From contig JAVRCV020000073.1 in NCBI GenBank assembly GCA_034530615.2, positions 96,001 through 160,000 on the forward strand: a stretch of 64,000 nucleotides of DNA. Direction: 5' to 3'. The translations under genes were made by a program, and so were the position numbers. The notes under the pieces were generated by a model, which did not search any database, was not told where the DNA came from, and saw only the letters and a list, made by a program, of their open reading frames with translations. Each line of letters begins with the position of its first letter. Position 1 is the stretch's first letter. This document shows, piece after piece, positions 62,105 to 64,000 of this stretch. This DNA is from Aulosira sp. ZfuVER01 (GTDB lineage: Bacteria; Cyanobacteriota; Cyanobacteriia; Cyanobacteriales; Nostocaceae).

Positions 62105-62770
62105 TTACCCCTGATATGGGTTGCCGATTGTATCTACAGAAACGTTAGCAGATAAAGGCAAGCGACCCGGATTGAGGCGTGGTTCTGCGGCATAGCCAAC
62201 GGGTACTAAAACTGCGATCGCTAAATCTGGATCGTCTGCTGCACCAATTACCGCCTTCACTTGATCCTCAATCCAACCATTCATAAAGCAGGTGGATAAA
62301 CCTAAACTTTCGGCTGCGAGTACTAAATGGGTAGCCGCAATGATTGCATCTTTGATCGCATATTCGCGTTGCTTGTCTCCTAAGCCAGCTTGAAATTGCG
62401 GTATGGCATTTTTAAAGTAGTTGATTGTACCTTCATTCCATGCACCAGTTTCCAGCGCCTTTTCATAAATTGGAGTCAAGTCTTCTTCTCCAGCCTTGGG
62501 ATTGGCAGCAAACACAAATGTTACAGGTGCTTGGATAATTTGTTGTTGATTCCAAGATGCTGCTGATAATGCCGCCTTTTGTGCTTCATCTTGCACAAGG
62601 ATAATTTGCCAGTCTTGGATATTAAAACTGCTGGGTGCGGCTACCGTTAACTCTACTAGTTGCTTGAGCAGTTCTGGGGCTATAGGGTCTGATTTAAAAG
62701 TTTTAATCGATCGGCGCTTGAGAATAGCACTGGGTACATCTAGAGCTTGTGTTTGTGTAATAACACTCAT
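62105..62770 (-). CDS. Nitroreductase family protein
   Basis: KRRSIK, APSSFNIQ, AESLGLSTC, GR.P. Confidence 0.9.
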   Translation of the reverse strand: MSVITQTQALDVPSAILKRRSIKTFKSDPIAPELLKQLVELTVAAPSSFNIQDWQIILVQDEAQKAALSAASWNQQQIIQAPVTFVFAANPKAGEEDLTPIYEKALETGAWNEGTINYFKNAIPQFQAGLGDKQREYAIKDAIIAATHLVLAAESLGLSTCFMNGWIEDQVKAVIGAADDPDLAIAVLVPVGYAAEPRLNPGRLPLSANVSVDTIGNPYQG

Positions 62771-62875
62771 GAGATTCTCCTGATTGTTGAAGTTCCTACG
62801 CTGTTATAGCGCTTTTTGTTGCCGGACTAAATGCTTTTTCGGTGTAAAAGGTTGCTTCCCATTACATCGCAGTCA

Positions 62876-63988
62876 TTATAAACTAACTACTTGTTCGCCA
62901 GTAGCCGACCAAAACGGATAGTCTGTATATCCGTGTTCGCCACCACCATAAAATGTTTCTGGATCTGGTTGATTCAACGGTGCATTTAAAGCAAAGCGTC
63001 GGGGTAAATCCGGATTTGCGATAAATAGAGTGCCAAAGGCGACTAAATCGGCTTCTTTGTTAGCTAAGACAGCATTGCCTTTGTCACGGGTATAACCGGC
63101 ACTGGCAATCAGCGTACCTGTATACTTTTCCCGTAAATAATTAGTTGGTACCGCTGTCCCACCATATTTGATATCTGCATCTGTGGAGTCAACGATATGC
63201 AGATAGGCTAAATTAAATTGGTTGAGTACTTGCGCGATGTAACCAAATGTCTCGAAGGGATTGGAGTCACGCATATCGTTAAATGTGCCGCTAGGAGAAA
63301 GGCGTACCCCTACCCGGTTAGCATCCCAGACGCTAGTGACTGCCTCTATTATCTCTAGTAAGAATCTGACGCGGTTCTCAATACTGCCCCCATACTCATC
63401 TGTACGTTGATTCGTACCATCCCGGAGGAATTGGTCAATTAAATAACCGTTAGCTGCGTGAATTTCTATGCCATCAAACCCAGCTGCTAGAGCATTTATT
63501 GCTGCTTGACGGTATTGTTCGACAATCTCTGGAATTTCTGAGGTTTCTAAAGCACGAGGAGTGACAAAAGGTTTAGACCCCTCGTAGGTGAATGCCTCAC
63601 CTTTAGGCGCGATCGCAGAAGGTGCTACAGGTAATGCCCCATCTGGTTGAAAGTCAGGGTGAGAAATCCTACCTACGTGCCACAGTTGTAGAAAAATTCT
63701 TCCTCCCTGCTGATGCACGGCATCGGTGACTAATTTCCAGCCCGCTACTTGTTCGGCTGAATAAATACCTGGTGTATTAGGATATCCCTGTCCTTGAGGT
63801 GAAATTTGAGTTGCTTCTGCAATAATCAGTCCAGCAGAAGCGCGTTGAGCGTAGTATGTAGCATTTAGTGAATGCGGTACGTTTCCCTTACCTGCTCTTT
63901 GTCTAGTTAAGGGAGCCATAACTATGCGGTTGGGCAGTTCTAAGTCACCCAATTGGTAGGGAGAAAACAAGTTAATACTATTATTCAT
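62876..63988 (-). CDS. Old yellow enzyme / alkene reductase (NemA-like)
   Basis: NRIVMAPLTR, QLWHVGR, HAANGYL, NPDLP, GYTDYP. Confidence 0.94.
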   Translation of the reverse strand: MNNSINLFSPYQLGDLELPNRIVMAPLTRQRAGKGNVPHSLNATYYAQRASAGLIIAEATQISPQGQGYPNTPGIYSAEQVAGWKLVTDAVHQQGGRIFLQLWHVGRISHPDFQPDGALPVAPSAIAPKGEAFTYEGSKPFVTPRALETSEIPEIVEQYRQAAINALAAGFDGIEIHAANGYLIDQFLRDGTNQRTDEYGGSIENRVRFLLEIIEAVTSVWDANRVGVRLSPSGTFNDMRDSNPFETFGYIAQVLNQFNLAYLHIVDSTDADIKYGGTAVPTNYLREKYTGTLIASAGYTRDKGNAVLANKEADLVAFGTLFIANPDLPRRFALNAPLNQPDPETFYGGGEHGYTDYPFWSATGEQVVSL

Positions 63989-64000
63989 TGGTCAGATCTC

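Noticed and set aside
766..62148. Many short ORFs nested in or antisense to long genes, plus AT-rich ORFs at 20292 and 31564
   Set aside because: Shadow frames without motifs or RBS support
1..64000. Frequent GCGATCGC octamers
   Set aside because: Ordinary cyanobacterial HIP1; useful only as a taxonomic clue

Overview
Chromosomal window from a filamentous cyanobacterium, most likely Nostocales. This rests on abundant HIP1 GCGATCGC octamers, STRR heptamer arrays and cyanobacterial gene variants (ycf30/rbcR, trxC, ndhF1-ndhD1, panC/cmk fusion, crhC). The housekeeping backbone also includes a phosphoglucomutase/phosphomannomutase, a P-type ATPase, recF, glsA, rlpA, sodB and smc. Accessory material is interspersed: two Uma2 nucleases, a Gly/Ala-hairpin two-gene module, a Ni/Co ECF transporter divergent from a Tat two-domain multicopper oxidase operon, a WGR-propeller protein, a nuclease-like/TPR fusion, two pseudogene remnants and a six-gene redox/detox cluster at the right end. 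I saw no rRNA, tRNA, CRISPR array or transposase. The most unusual structure is at 48.4-49.7 kb. There a Uma2 gene is bracketed by a 17-bp direct repeat that starts at each upstream gene's TAG stop, and it carries an in-frame 57-nt structured mini-element at its catalytic motif. It is followed by a four-helix-bundle gene lying in the loop of a 33/34-bp inverted (GGACAAGG)4 array. All product calls come from motif recognition by eye; no database search was run.
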